Shown one piece after another: positions 51,297 to 64,000 of a stretch of 64,000 nucleotides of DNA. Each line of letters begins with the position of its first letter. The first letter of the stretch is position 1. The notes under the pieces are model-generated. The model made no database searches and was not told the origin of the DNA. It was given only the letters and a program-made list of their open reading frames with translations. The DNA is from Balanoglossus misakiensis (taxonomy: Eukaryota > Animalia > Hemichordata). Location of the stretch: positions 9,067,146-9,131,145 of the forward strand of contig CM082584.2 of assembly GCA_040954595.2 (NCBI GenBank), written 5' to 3'. A program made the position numbers and the translations under genes.

Positions 51297-54200
51297 AAAT
51301 GACAATTTTCCGACTTTGCATAAAAACCATGGGTTATAGCTCATGAAAATCATCCAGAAATGACAATTTTTCGACTTCCCGGAATTTCAAAATTTCTTCG
51401 ATTTTTGATAAAAACCATGGGTTATAGCTCATGAAAATCATCCAGAAATGACAATTTTTCGACTTCCCGGAATTTCAAAATTTCTTCGATTTTTGATAAA
51501 AACCATGGGTTATAGCTCATGAAAATCATCCAGAAATGACAATTTTTCGACTTCCCGGAATTTCAAAATTTCTTCGATTTTTGATAAAAACCATGGGTTA
51601 TAGCTCATGAAAATCATCCAGAAATGACAATTTTTCGACTTCCCGGAATTTCAAAATTTCTTCGATTTTTGATAAAAACCATGGGTTATAGCTCAGGAAA
51701 ATCATCCAGAAATGACAATTTTTCGACTTCCCGGAATTTCAAAATTTCTTCGATTTTTGATAAAAACCATGGGTTATAGCTCAGGAAAATCATCCAGAAA
51801 TGACAATTTTTCGACTTCCCGGAATTTCAAAATTTCTTCGATTTTTGATAAAAACCATGGGTTATAGCTCAGGAAAATCATACAGAAATGACAATTTTTC
51901 GACTTCCCGGAATTTCAAAATTTCTTCGATTTTTGATAAAAACCATGGGTTATAGCTCAGGAAAATCATACAGAAATGACAATTTTTCGACTTCCCGGAA
52001 TTTCAAAATTTCTTCGATTTTTGATAAAAACCATGGGTTATAGCTCATGAAAATCATCCAGAAATGACAATTTTTCGACTTCCCGGAATTTCAAAATTTC
52101 TTCGATTTTTGATAAAAACCATGGGTTATAGCTCATGAAAATCATCCAGAAATGACAATTTTTCGACTTCCCGGAATTTCAAAATTTCTTCGATTTTTGA
52201 TAAAAACCATGGGTTATAGCTCATGAAAATCATCCAGAAATGACAATTTTTCGACTTCCCGGAATTTCAAAATTTCTTCGATTTTTGATAAAAACCATGG
52301 GTTATAGCTCATGAAAATCATCCAGAAATGACAATTTTTCGACTTCCCGGAATTTCAAAATTTCTTCGATTTTTGATAAAAACCATGGGTTATAGCTCAT
52401 GAAAATCATCCAGAAATGACAATTTTTCGACTTCCCGGAATTTCAAAATTTCTTCGATTTTTGATAAAAACCATGGGTTATAGCTCATGAAAATCATCCA
52501 GAAATGACAATTTTTCGACTTCCCGGAATTTCAAAATTTCTTCGATTTTTGATAAAAACCATGGGTTATAGCTCATGAAAATCATCCAGAAATGACAATT
52601 TTTCGACTTCCCGGAATTTCAATATTTCTTCGATTTTTGATAAAAACCATGGGTTATAGCTCATGAAAATCATCCAGAAATGACAATTTTTCGACTTCCC
52701 GGAATTTCAAAATTTCTTCGATTTTTGATAAAAACCATGGGTTATAGCTCAGGAAAATCATCCAGAAATGACAATTTTTCGACTTCCCGGAATTTCAAAA
52801 TTTCTTCGATTTTTGATAAAAACCATGGGTTATAGCTCAGGAAAATCATCCAGAAATGACAATTTTTCGACTTCCCGGAATTTCAAAATTTCTTCGATTT
52901 TTGATAAAAACCATGGGTTATAGCTCAGGAAAATCATCCAGAAATGACAATTTTTCGACTTCCCGGAATTTCAAAATTTCTTCGATTTTTGATAAAAACC
53001 ATGGGTTATAGCTCAGGAAAATCATCCAGAAATGACAATTTTTCGACTTCCCGGAATTTCAAAATTTCTTCGATTTTTGATAAAAACCATGGGTTATAGC
53101 TCATGAAAATCATCCAGAAATGACAATTTTTCGACTTCCCGGAATTTCAAAATTTCTTCGATTTTTGATAAAAACCATGGGTTATAGCTCATGAAAATCA
53201 TCCAGAAATGACAATTTTTCGACTTCCCGGAATTTCAAAATTTCTTCGATTTTTGATAAAAACCATGGGTTATAGCTCATGAAAATCATCCAGAAATGAC
53301 AATTTTTCGACTTCCCGGAATTTCAAAATTTCTTCGATTTTTGATAAAAACCATGGGTTATAGCTCATGAAAATCATCCAGAAATGACAATTTTTCGACT
53401 TCCCGGAATTTCAAAATTTCTTCGATTTTTGATAAAAACCATGGGTTATAGCTCATGAAAATCATCCAGAAATGACAATTTTTCGACTTCCCGGAATTTC
53501 AAAATTTCTTCGATTTTTGATAAAAACCATGGGTTATAGCTCATGAAAATCATCCAGAAATGACAATTTTTCGACTTCCCGGAATTTCAAAATTTCTTCG
53601 ATTTTTGATAAAAACCATGGGTTATAGCTCATGAAAATCATCCAGAAATGACAATTTTTCGACTTCCCGGAATTTCAAAATTTCTTCGATTTTTGATAAA
53701 AACCATGGGTTATAGCTCATGAAAATCATCCAGAAATGACAATTTTTCGACTTCCCGGAATTTCAATATTTCTTCGATTTTTGATAAAAACCATGGGTTA
53801 TAGCTCATGAAAATCATCCAGAAATGACAATTTTTCGACTTCCCGGAATTTCAAAATTTCTTCGATTTTTGATAAAAACCATGGGTTATAGCTCAGGAAA
53901 ATCATCCAGAAATGACAATTTTTCGACTTCCCGGAATTTCAAAATTTCTTCGATTTTTGATAAAAACCATGGGTTATAGCTCAGGAAAATCCTCCAGAAA
54001 TGACAATTTTTCGACTTCCCGGAATTTCAAAATTTCTTCGATTTTTGATAAAAACCATGGGTTATAGCTCAGGAAAATCATCCAGAAATGACAATTTTTC
54101 GACTTCCCGGAATTTCAAAATTTCTTCGATTTTTGATAAAAACCATGGGTTATAGCTCAGGAAAATCATCCAGAAATGACAATTTTTCGACTTCCCGGAA

Positions 54201-57200
54201 TTTCAAAATTTCTTCGATTTTTGATAAAAACCATGGGTTATAGCTCATGAAAATCATCCAGAAATGACAATTTTTCGACTTCCCGGAATTTCAAAATTTC
54301 TTCGATTTTTGATAAAAACCATGGGTTATAGCTCATGAAAATCATCCAGAAATGACAATTTTTCGACTTCCCGGAATTTCAAAATTTCTTCGATTTTTGA
54401 TAAAAACCATGGGTTATAGCTCATGAAAATCATCCAGAAATGACAATTTTTCGACTTCCCGGAATTTCAAAATTTCTTCGATTTTTGATAAAAACCATGG
54501 GTTATAGCTCAGGAAAATCATCCAGAAATGACAATTTTTCGACTTCCCGGAATTTCAAAATTTCTTCGATTTTTGATAAAAACCATGGGTTATAGCTCAG
54601 GAAAATCATCCAGAAATGACAATTTTTCGACTTCCCGGAATTTCAAAATTTCTTCGATTTTTGATAAAAACCATGGGTTATAGCTCAGGAAAATCATACA
54701 GAAATGACAATTTTTCGACTTCCCGGAATTTCAAAATTTCTTCGATTTTTGATAAAAACCATGGGTTATAGCTCAGGAAAATCATACAGAAATGACAATT
54801 TTTCGACTTCCCGGAATTTCAAAATTTCTTCGATTTTTGATAAAAACCATGGGTTATAGCTCATGAAAATCATCCAGAAATGACAATTTTTCGACTTCCC
54901 GGAATTTCAAAATTTCTTCGATTTTTGATAAAAACCATGGGTTATAGCTCATGAAAATCATCCAGAAATGACAATTTTTCGACTTCCCGGAATTTCAAAA
55001 TTTCTTCGATTTTTGATAAAAACCATGGGTTATAGCTCATGAAAATCATCCAGAAATGACAATTTTTCGACTTCCCTGAATTTCAAAATTTCTTCGATTT
55101 TTGATAAAAACCATGGGTTATAGCTCAGGAAAATCATCCAGAAATGACAATTTTTCGACTTCCCGGAATTTCAAAATTTCTTCGATTTTTGATAAAAACC
55201 ATGGGTTATAGCTCAGGAAAATCATCCAGAAATGACAATTTTTCGACTTCCCGGAATTTCAAAATTTCTTCGATTTTTGATAAAAACCATGGGTTATAGC
55301 TCAGGAAAATCATCCAGAAATGACAATTTTTCGACTTCCCGGAATTTCAAAATTTCTTCGATTTTTGATAAAAACCATGGGTTATAGCTCAGGAAAATCA
55401 TCCAGAAATGACAATTTTTCGACTTCCCGGAATTTCAAAATTTCTTCGATTTTTGATAAAAACCATGGGTTATAGCTCATGAAAATCATCCAGAAATGAC
55501 AATTTTTCGACTTCCCGGAATTTCAAAATTTCTTCGATTTTTGATAAAAACCATGGGTTATAGCTCATGAAAATCATCCAGAAATGACAATTTTTCGACT
55601 TCCCGGAATTTCAAAATTTCTTCGATTTTTGATAAAAACCATGGGTTATAGCTCATGAAAATCATCCAGAAATGACAATTTTTCGACTTCCCTGAATTTC
55701 AAAATTTCTTCGATTTTTGATAAAAACCATGGGTTATAGCTCATGAAAATCATCCAGAAATGACAATTTTTCGACTTCCCGGAATTTCAAAATTTCTTCG
55801 ATTTTTGATAAAAACCATGGGTTATAGCTCAGGAAAATCATCCAGAAATGACAATTTTTCGACTTCCCGGAATTTCAAAATTTCTTCGATTTTTGATAAA
55901 AACCATGGGTTATAGCTCAGGAAAATCATCCAGAAATGACAATTTTTCGACTTCCCGGAATTTCAAAATTTCTTCGATTTTTGATAAAAACCATGGGTTA
56001 TAGCTCAGGAAAATCATACAGAAATGACAATTTTTCGACTTCCCGGAATTTCAAAATTTCTTCGATTTTTGATAAAAACCATGGGTTATAGCTCAGGAAA
56101 ATCATACAGAAATGACAATTTTTCGACTTCCCGGAATTTCAAAATTTCTTCGATTTTTGATAAAAACCATGGGTTATAGCTCATGAAAATCATCCAGAAA
56201 TGACAATTTTTCGACTTCCCGGAATTTCAAAATTTCTTCGATTTTTGATAAAAACCATGGGTTATAGCTCATGAAAATCATCCAGAAATGACAATTTTTC
56301 GACTTCCCGGAATTTCAAAATTTCTTCGATTTTTGATAAAAACCATGGGTTATAGCTCATGAAAATCATCCAGAAATGACAATTTTTCGACTTCCCGGAA
56401 TTTCAAAATTTCTTCGATTTTTGATAAAAACCATGGGTTATAGCTCAGGAAAATCATCCAGAAATGACAATTTTTCGACTTCCCGGAATTTCAAAATTTC
56501 TTCGATTTTTGATAAAAACCATGGGTTATAGCTCAGGAAAATCATCCAGAAATGACAATTTTTCGACTTCCCGGAATTTCAAAATTTCTTCGATTTTTGA
56601 TAAAAACCATGGGTTATAGCTCAGGAAAATCATCCAGAAATGACAATTTTTCGACTTCCCGGAATTTCAAAATTTCTTCGATTTTTGATAAAAACCATGG
56701 GTTATAGCTCAGGAAAATCATCCAGAAATGACAATTTTTCGACTTCCCGGAATTTCAAAATTTCTTCGATTTTTGATAAAAACCATGGGTTATAGCTCAT
56801 GAAAATCATCCAGAAATGACAATTTTTCGACTTCCCGGAATTTCAAAATTTCTTCGATTTTTGATAAAAACCATGGGTTATAGCTCATGAAAATCATCCA
56901 GAAATGACAATTTTTCGACTTCCCGGAATTTCAAAATTTCTTCGATTTTTGATAAAAACCATGGGTTATAGCTCATGAAAATCATCCAGAAATGACAATT
57001 TTTCGACTTCCCGGAATTTCAAAATTTCTTCGATTTTTGATAAAAACCATGGGTTATAGCTCAGGAAAATCATACAGAAATGACAATTTTTCGACTTCCC
57101 GGAATTTCAAAATTTCTTCGATTTTTGATAAAAACCATGGGTTATAGCTCATGAAAATCATCCAGAAATGACAATTTTTCGACTTCCCGGAATTTCAAAA

Positions 57201-60200
57201 TTTCTTCGATTTTTGATAAAAACCATGGGTTATAGCTCATGAAAATCATCCAGAAATGACAATTTTTCGACTTCCCGGAATTTCAAAATTTCTTCGATTT
57301 TTGATAAAAACCATGGGTTATAGCTCATGAAAATCATCCAGAAATGACAATTTTTCGACTTCCCGGAATTTCAATATTTCTTCGATTTTTGATAAAAACC
57401 ATGGGTTATAGCTCATGAAAATCATCCAGAAATGACAATTTTTCGACTTCCCGGAATTTCAAAATTTCTTCGATTTTTGATAAAAACCATGGGTTATAGC
57501 TCAGGAAAATCATCCAGAAATGACAATTTTTCGACTTCCCGGAATTTCAAAATTTCTTCGATTTTTGATAAAAACCATGGGTTATAGCTCAGGAAAATCC
57601 TCCAGAAATGACAATTTTTCGACTTCCCGGAATTTCAAAATTTCTTCGATTTTTGATAAAAACCATGGGTTATAGCTCAGGAAAATCATCCAGAAATGAC
57701 AATTTTTCGACTTCCCGGAATTTCAAAATTTCTTCGATTTTTGATAAAAACCATGGGTTATAGCTCAGGAAAATCATCCAGAAATGACAATTTTTCGACT
57801 TCCCGGAATTTCAAAATTTCTTCGATTTTTGATAAAAACCATGGGTTATAGCTCATGAAAATCATCCAGAAATGACAATTTTTCGACTTCCCGGAATTTC
57901 AAAATTTCTTCGATTTTTGATAAAAACCATGGGTTATAGCTCATGAAAATCATCCAGAAATGACAATTTTTCGACTTCCCGGAATTTCAAAATTTCTTCG
58001 ATTTTTGATAAAAACCATGGGTTATAGCTCATGAAAATCATCCAGAAATGACAATTTTTCGACTTCCCGGAATTTCAAAATTTCTTCGATTTTTGATAAA
58101 AACCATGGGTTATAGCTCAGGAAAATCATCCAGAAATGACAATTTTTCGACTTCCCGGAATTTCAAAATTTCTTCGATTTTTGATAAAAACCATGGGTTA
58201 TAGCTCAGGAAAATCATCCAGAAATGACAATTTTTCGACTTCCCGGAATTTCAAAATTTCTTCGATTTTTGATAAAAACCATGGGTTATAGCTCAGGAAA
58301 ATCATCCAGAAATGACAATTTTTCGACTTCCCGGAATTTCAAAATTTCTTCGATTTTTGATAAAAACCATGGGTTATAGCTCAGGAAAATCATACAGAAA
58401 TGACAATTTTTCGACTTCCCGGAATTTCAAAATTTCTTCGATTTTTGATAAAAACCATGGGTTATAGCTCATGAAAATCATCCAGAAATGACAATTTTTC
58501 GACTTCCCGGAATTTCAAAATTTCTTCGATTTTTGATAAAAACCATGGGTTATAGCTCATGAAAATCATCCAGAAATGACAATTTTTCGACTTCCCGGAA
58601 TTTCAAAATTTCTTCGATTTTTGATAAAAACCATGGGTTATAGCTCATGAAAATCATCCAGAAATGACAATTTTTCGACTTCCCGGAATTTCAAAATTTC
58701 TTCGATTTTTGATAAAAACCATGGGTTATAGCTCATGAAAATCATCCAGAAATGACAATTTTTCGACTTCCCTGAATTTCAAAATTTCTTCGATTTTTGA
58801 TAAAAACCATGGGTTATAGCTCAGGAAAATCATCCAGAAATGACAATTTTTCGACTTCCCGGAATTTCAAAATTTCTTCGATTTTTGATAAAAACCATGG
58901 GTTATAGCTCAGGAAAATCATCCAGAAATGACAATTTTTCGACTTCCCGGAATTTCAAAATTTCTTCGATTTTTGATAAAAACCATGGGTTATAGCTCAG
59001 GAAAATCATCCAGAAATGACAATTTTTCGACTTCCCGGAATTTCAAAATTTCTTCGATTTTTGATAAAAACCATGGGTTATAGCTCATGAAAATCATCCA
59101 GAAATGACAATTTTTCGACTTCCCGGAATTTCAAAATTTCTTCGATTTTTGATAAAAACCATGGGTTATAGCTCATGAAAATCATCCAGAAATGACAATT
59201 TTTCGACTTCCCGGAATTTCAAAATTTCTTCGATTTTTGATAAAAACCATGGGTTATAGCTCATGAAAATCATCCAGAAATGACAATTTTTCGACTTCCC
59301 GGAATTTCAAAATTTCTTCGATTTTTGATAAAAACCATGGGTTATAGCTCATGAAAATCATCCAGAAATGACAATTTTTCGACTTCCCGGAATTTCAAAA
59401 TTTCTTCGATTTTTGATAAAAACCATGGGTTATAGCTCAGGAAAATCATCCAGAAATGACAATTTTTCGACTTCCCGGAATTTCAAAATTTCTTCGATTT
59501 TTGATAAAAACCATGGGTTATAGCTCAGGAAAATCATCCAGAAATGACAATTTTTCGACTTCCCGGAATTTCAAAATTTCTTCGATTTTTGATAAAAACC
59601 ATGGGTTATAGCTCAGGAAAATCATACAGAAATGACAATTTTTCGACTTCCCGGAATTTCAAAATTTCTTCGATTTTTGATAAAAACCATGGGTTATAGC
59701 TCATGAAAATCATCCAGAAATGACAATTTTTCGACTTCCCGGAATTTCAAAATTTCTTCGATTTTTGATAAAAACCATGGGTTATAGCTCATGAAAATCA
59801 TCCAGAAATGACAATTTTTCGACTTCCCGGAATTTCAAAATTTCTTCGATTTTTGATAAAAACCATGGGTTATAGCTCATGAAAATCATCCAGAAATGAC
59901 AATTTTTCGACTTCCCGGAATTTCAAAATTTCTTCGATTTTTGATAAAAACCATGGGTTATAGCTCATGAAAATCATCCAGAAATGACAATTTTTCGACT
60001 TCCCTGAATTTCAAAATTTCTTCGATTTTTGATAAAAACCATGGGTTATAGCTCAGGAAAATCATCCAGAAATGACAATTTTTCGACTTCCCGGAATTTC
60101 AAAATTTCTTCGATTTTTGATAAAAACCATGGGTTATAGCTCATGAAAATCATCCAGAAATGACAATTTTTCGACTTCCCGGAATTTCAAAATTTCTTCG

Positions 60201-63200
60201 ATTTTTGATAAAAACCATGGGTTATAGCTCATGAAAATCATCCAGAAATGACAATTTTTCGACTTCCCGGAATTTCAAAATTTCTTCGATTTTTGATAAA
60301 AACCATGGGTTATAGCTCAGGAAAATCATCCAGAAATGACAATTTTTCGACTTCCCGGAATTTCAAAATTTCTTCGATTTTTGATAAAAACCATGGGTTA
60401 TAGCTCAGGAAAATCATCCAGAAATGACAATTTTTCGACTTCCCGGAATTTCAAAATTTCTTCGATTTTTGATAAAAACCATGGGTTATAGCTCAGGAAA
60501 ATCATCCAGAAATGACAATTTTTCGACTTCCCGGAATTTCAAAATTTCTTCGATTTTTGATAAAAACCATGGGTTATAGCTCAGGAAAATCATCCAGATA
60601 TGACAATTTTTCGACTTCCCGGAATTTCAAAATTTCTTCGATTTTTGATAAAAACCATGGGTTATAGCTCAGGAAAATCATCCAGATATGGCAATTTTTC
60701 GACTTCCCGGAATTTCAAAATTTCTTCGATTTTTGATAAAAACCATGGGTTATAGCTCAGGAAAATCATCCTGAAATGACAATTTTTCGACTTCCCGGAA
60801 TTTCAAAATTTCTTCGATTTTTGATAAAAACCATGGGTTATAGCTCAGGAAAATCATCCAGAAATGACAATTTTTCGACTTCCCGGAATTTCAAAATTTC
60901 TTCGATTTTTGATAAAAACCATGGGTTATAGCTCATGAAAATCATCCAGAAATGACAATTTTTCGACTTCCCGGAATTTCAAAATTTCTTCGATTTTTGA
61001 TAAAAACCATGGGTTATAGCTCATGAAAATCATCCAGAAATGACAATTTTTCGACTTCCCGGAATTTCAAAATTTCTTCGATTTTTGATAAAAACCATGG
61101 GTTATAGCTCATGAAAATCATCCAGAAATGACAATTTTTCGACTTCCCGGAATTTCAAAATTTCTTCGATTTTTGATAAAAACCATGGGTTATAGCTCAT
61201 GAAAATCATCCAGAAATGACAATTTTTCGACTTCCCGGAATTTCAAAATTTCTTCGATTTTTGATAAAAACCATGGGTTATAGCTCATGAAAATCATCCA
61301 GAAATGACAATTTTTCGACTTCCCGGAATTTCAAAATTTCTTCGATTTTTGATAAAAACCATGGGTTATAGCTCATGAAAATCATCCAGAAATGACAATT
61401 TTTCGACTTCCCGGAATTTCAAAATTTCTTCGATTTTTGATAAAAACCATGGGTTATAGCTCATGAAAATCATCCAGAAATGACAATTTTTCGACTTCCC
61501 GGAATTTCAAAATTTCTTCGATTTTTGATAAAAACCATGGGTTATAGCTCATGAAAATCATCCAGAAATGACAATTTTTCGACTTCCCGGAATTTCAAAA
61601 TTTCTTCGATTTTTGATAAAAACCATGGGTTATAGCTCATGAAAATCATCCAGAAATGACAATTTTTCGACTTCCCGGAATTTCAAAATTTCTTCGATTT
61701 TTGATAAAAACCATGGGTTATAGCTCAGGAAAATCATCCAGAAATGACAATTTTTCGACTTCCCGGAATTTCAAAATTTCTTCGATTTTTGATAAAAACC
61801 ATGGGTTATAGCTCATGAAAATCATCCAGAAATGACAATTTTTCGACTTCCCGGAATTTCAAAATTTCTTCGATTTTTGATAAAAACCATGGGTTATAGC
61901 TCAGGAAAATCATCCAGAAATGACAATTTTTCGACTTCCCGGAATTTCAAAATTTCTTCGATTTTTGATAAAAACCATGGGTTATAGCTCATGAAAATCA
62001 TCCAGAAATGACAATTTTTCGACTTCCCGGAATTTCAAAATTTCTTCGATTTTTGATAAAAACCATGGGTTATAGCTCATGAAAATCATCCAGAAATGAC
62101 AATTTTTCGACTTCCCGGAATTTCAAAATTTCTTCGATTTTTGATAAAAACCATGGGTTATAGCTCATGAAAATCATCCAGAAATGACAATTTTTCGACT
62201 TCCCGGAATTTCAAAATTTCTTCGATTTTTGATAAAAACCATGGGTTATAGCTCAGGAAAATCATCCAGAAATGACAATTTTTCGACTTCCCGGAATTTC
62301 AAAATTTCTTCGATTTTTGATAAAAACCATGGGTTATAGCTCATGAAAATCATCCAGAAATGACAATTTTTCGACTTCCCGGAATTTCAAAATTTCTTCG
62401 ATTTTTGATAAAAACCCATGGGTTATAGCTCATGAAAATCATCCAGAAATGACAATTTTTCGACTTCCCGGAATTTCAAAATTTCTTCGATTTTTGATAA
62501 AAACCATGGGTTATAGCTCATGAAAATCATCCAGAAATGACAATTTTTCGACTTCCCGGAATTTCAAAATTTCTTCGATTTTTGATAAAAACCATGGGTT
62601 ATAGCTCAGGAAAATCATCCAGAAATGACAATTTTTCGACTTCCCGGAATTTCAAAATTTCTTCGATTTTTGATAAAAACCATGGGTTATAGCTCAGGAA
62701 AATCATCCAGATATGACAATTTTTCGACTTCCCGGAATTTCAAAATTTCTTCGATTTTTGATAAAAACCATGGGTTATAGCTCAGGAAAATCATCCAGAA
62801 ATGACAATTTTTCGACTTCCCGGAATTTCAAAATTTCTTCGATTTTTGATAAAAACCATGGGTTATAGCTCATGAAAATCATCCAGAAATGACAATTTTT
62901 CGACTTCCCGGAATTTCAAAATTTCTTCGATTTTTGATAAAAACCATGGGTTATAGCTCAGGAAAATCATCCAGAAATGACAATTTTTCGACTTCCCGGA
63001 ATTTCAAAATTTCTTCGATTTTTGATAAAAACCATGGGTTATAGCTCAGGAAAATCATCCAGAAATGACAATTTTTCGACTTCCCGGAATTTCAAAATTT
63101 CTTCGATTTTTGATAAAAACCATGGGTTATAGCTCAGGAAAATCATCCAGAAATGACAATTTTTCGACTTCCCGGAATTTCAAAATTTCTTCGATTTTTG

Positions 63201-64000
63201 ATAAAAACCATGGGTTATAGCTCAGGAAAATCATCCAGAAATGACAATTTTTCGACTTCCCGGAATTTCAAAATTTCTTCGATTTTTGATAAAAACCATG
63301 GGTTATAGCTCATGAAAATCATCCAGAAATGACAATTTTTCGACTTCCCGGAATTTCAAAATTTCTTCGATTTTTGATAAAAACCATGGGTTATAGCTCA
63401 GGAAAATCATCCAGAAATGACAATTTTTCGACTTCCGGAATTTCAAAATTTCTTCGATTTTTGATAAAAACCATGGGTTATAGCTCATGAAAATCATCCA
63501 GAAATGACAATTTTTCGACTTCCCGGAATTTCAAAATTTCTTCGATTTTTGATAAAAACCATGGGTTATAGCTCAGGAAAATCATCCAGAAATGACAATT
63601 TTTCGACTTCCCGGAATTTCAAAATTTCTTCGATTTTTGATAAAAACCATGGGTTATAGCTCATGAAAATCATCCAGAAATGACAATTTTTCGACTTCCC
63701 GGAATTTCAAAATTTCTTCGATTTTTGATAAAAACCATGGGTTATAGCTCAGAAAATCATCCAGAAATGACAATTTTTCGACTTCCCGGAATTTCAAAAT
63801 TTCTTCGATTTTTGATAAAAACCATGGGTTATAGCTCATGAAAATCATCCAGAAATGACAATTTTCGACTTCCCGGAATTTCAAAATTTCTTCGATTTTT
63901 GATAAAAACCATGGGTTATAGCTCATGAAAATCATCCAGAAATGACAATTTTTCGACTTCCCGGAATTTCAAAATTTCTTCGATTTTTGATAAAAACCAT
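51297..64000. repeat. 88-bp tandem satellite, ~144 near-identical copies, continuing beyond the window
   Basis: Monomer AAAAACCATGGGTTATAGCTCA(T/G)GAAAATCATCCAGAAATGACAATTTTTCGACTTCCCGGAATTTCAAAATTTCTTCGATTTTTGAT; line register recurs every 1320 bp (15 x 88). Degenerate partial unit at ~51297-51320, regular from ~51321. Confidence 0.99.

Noticed and set aside
51297-64000. CRISPR-like array or coding repeat (ORFs 63303-63497, 63654-63935)
   Set aside because: No unique spacers and eukaryotic context; 88 bp is not a multiple of 3, and these ORFs arise only where indels shift stop codons.

Overview
Eukaryotic (animal, probably marine invertebrate bilaterian) genomic DNA with spliceosomal introns, so the ORF track mostly shows exon fragments. 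Exon-by-exon reading gives seven protein-coding genes: NEK8 (-, 15 exons), two intronless head-to-head ELOVL3/6-type elongases, DNAJC21 (+), FRRS1-like ferric-chelate reductase (+), ALG2 (-) and a PKA catalytic subunit (+). The last ~12.7 kb is a highly homogeneous 88-bp satellite (~144 copies, running off the window end). Several MITEs are present, including an intact foldback element with a 9-bp target-site duplication. Most notable: (1) NEK8 needs a non-canonical GA-AG intron and also has a U12-type intron; (2) PKA-C has two tandem 127-nt mutually exclusive catalytic-loop exons, with possible competing RNA hairpins between them, plus candidate alternative first exons; (3) each satellite monomer carries an optimal STAT/GAS palindrome (TTCCCGGAA), and the variants form nascent higher-order blocks. 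No tRNA, rRNA or CRISPR was recognised. All coordinates were derived by hand and no databases were searched.
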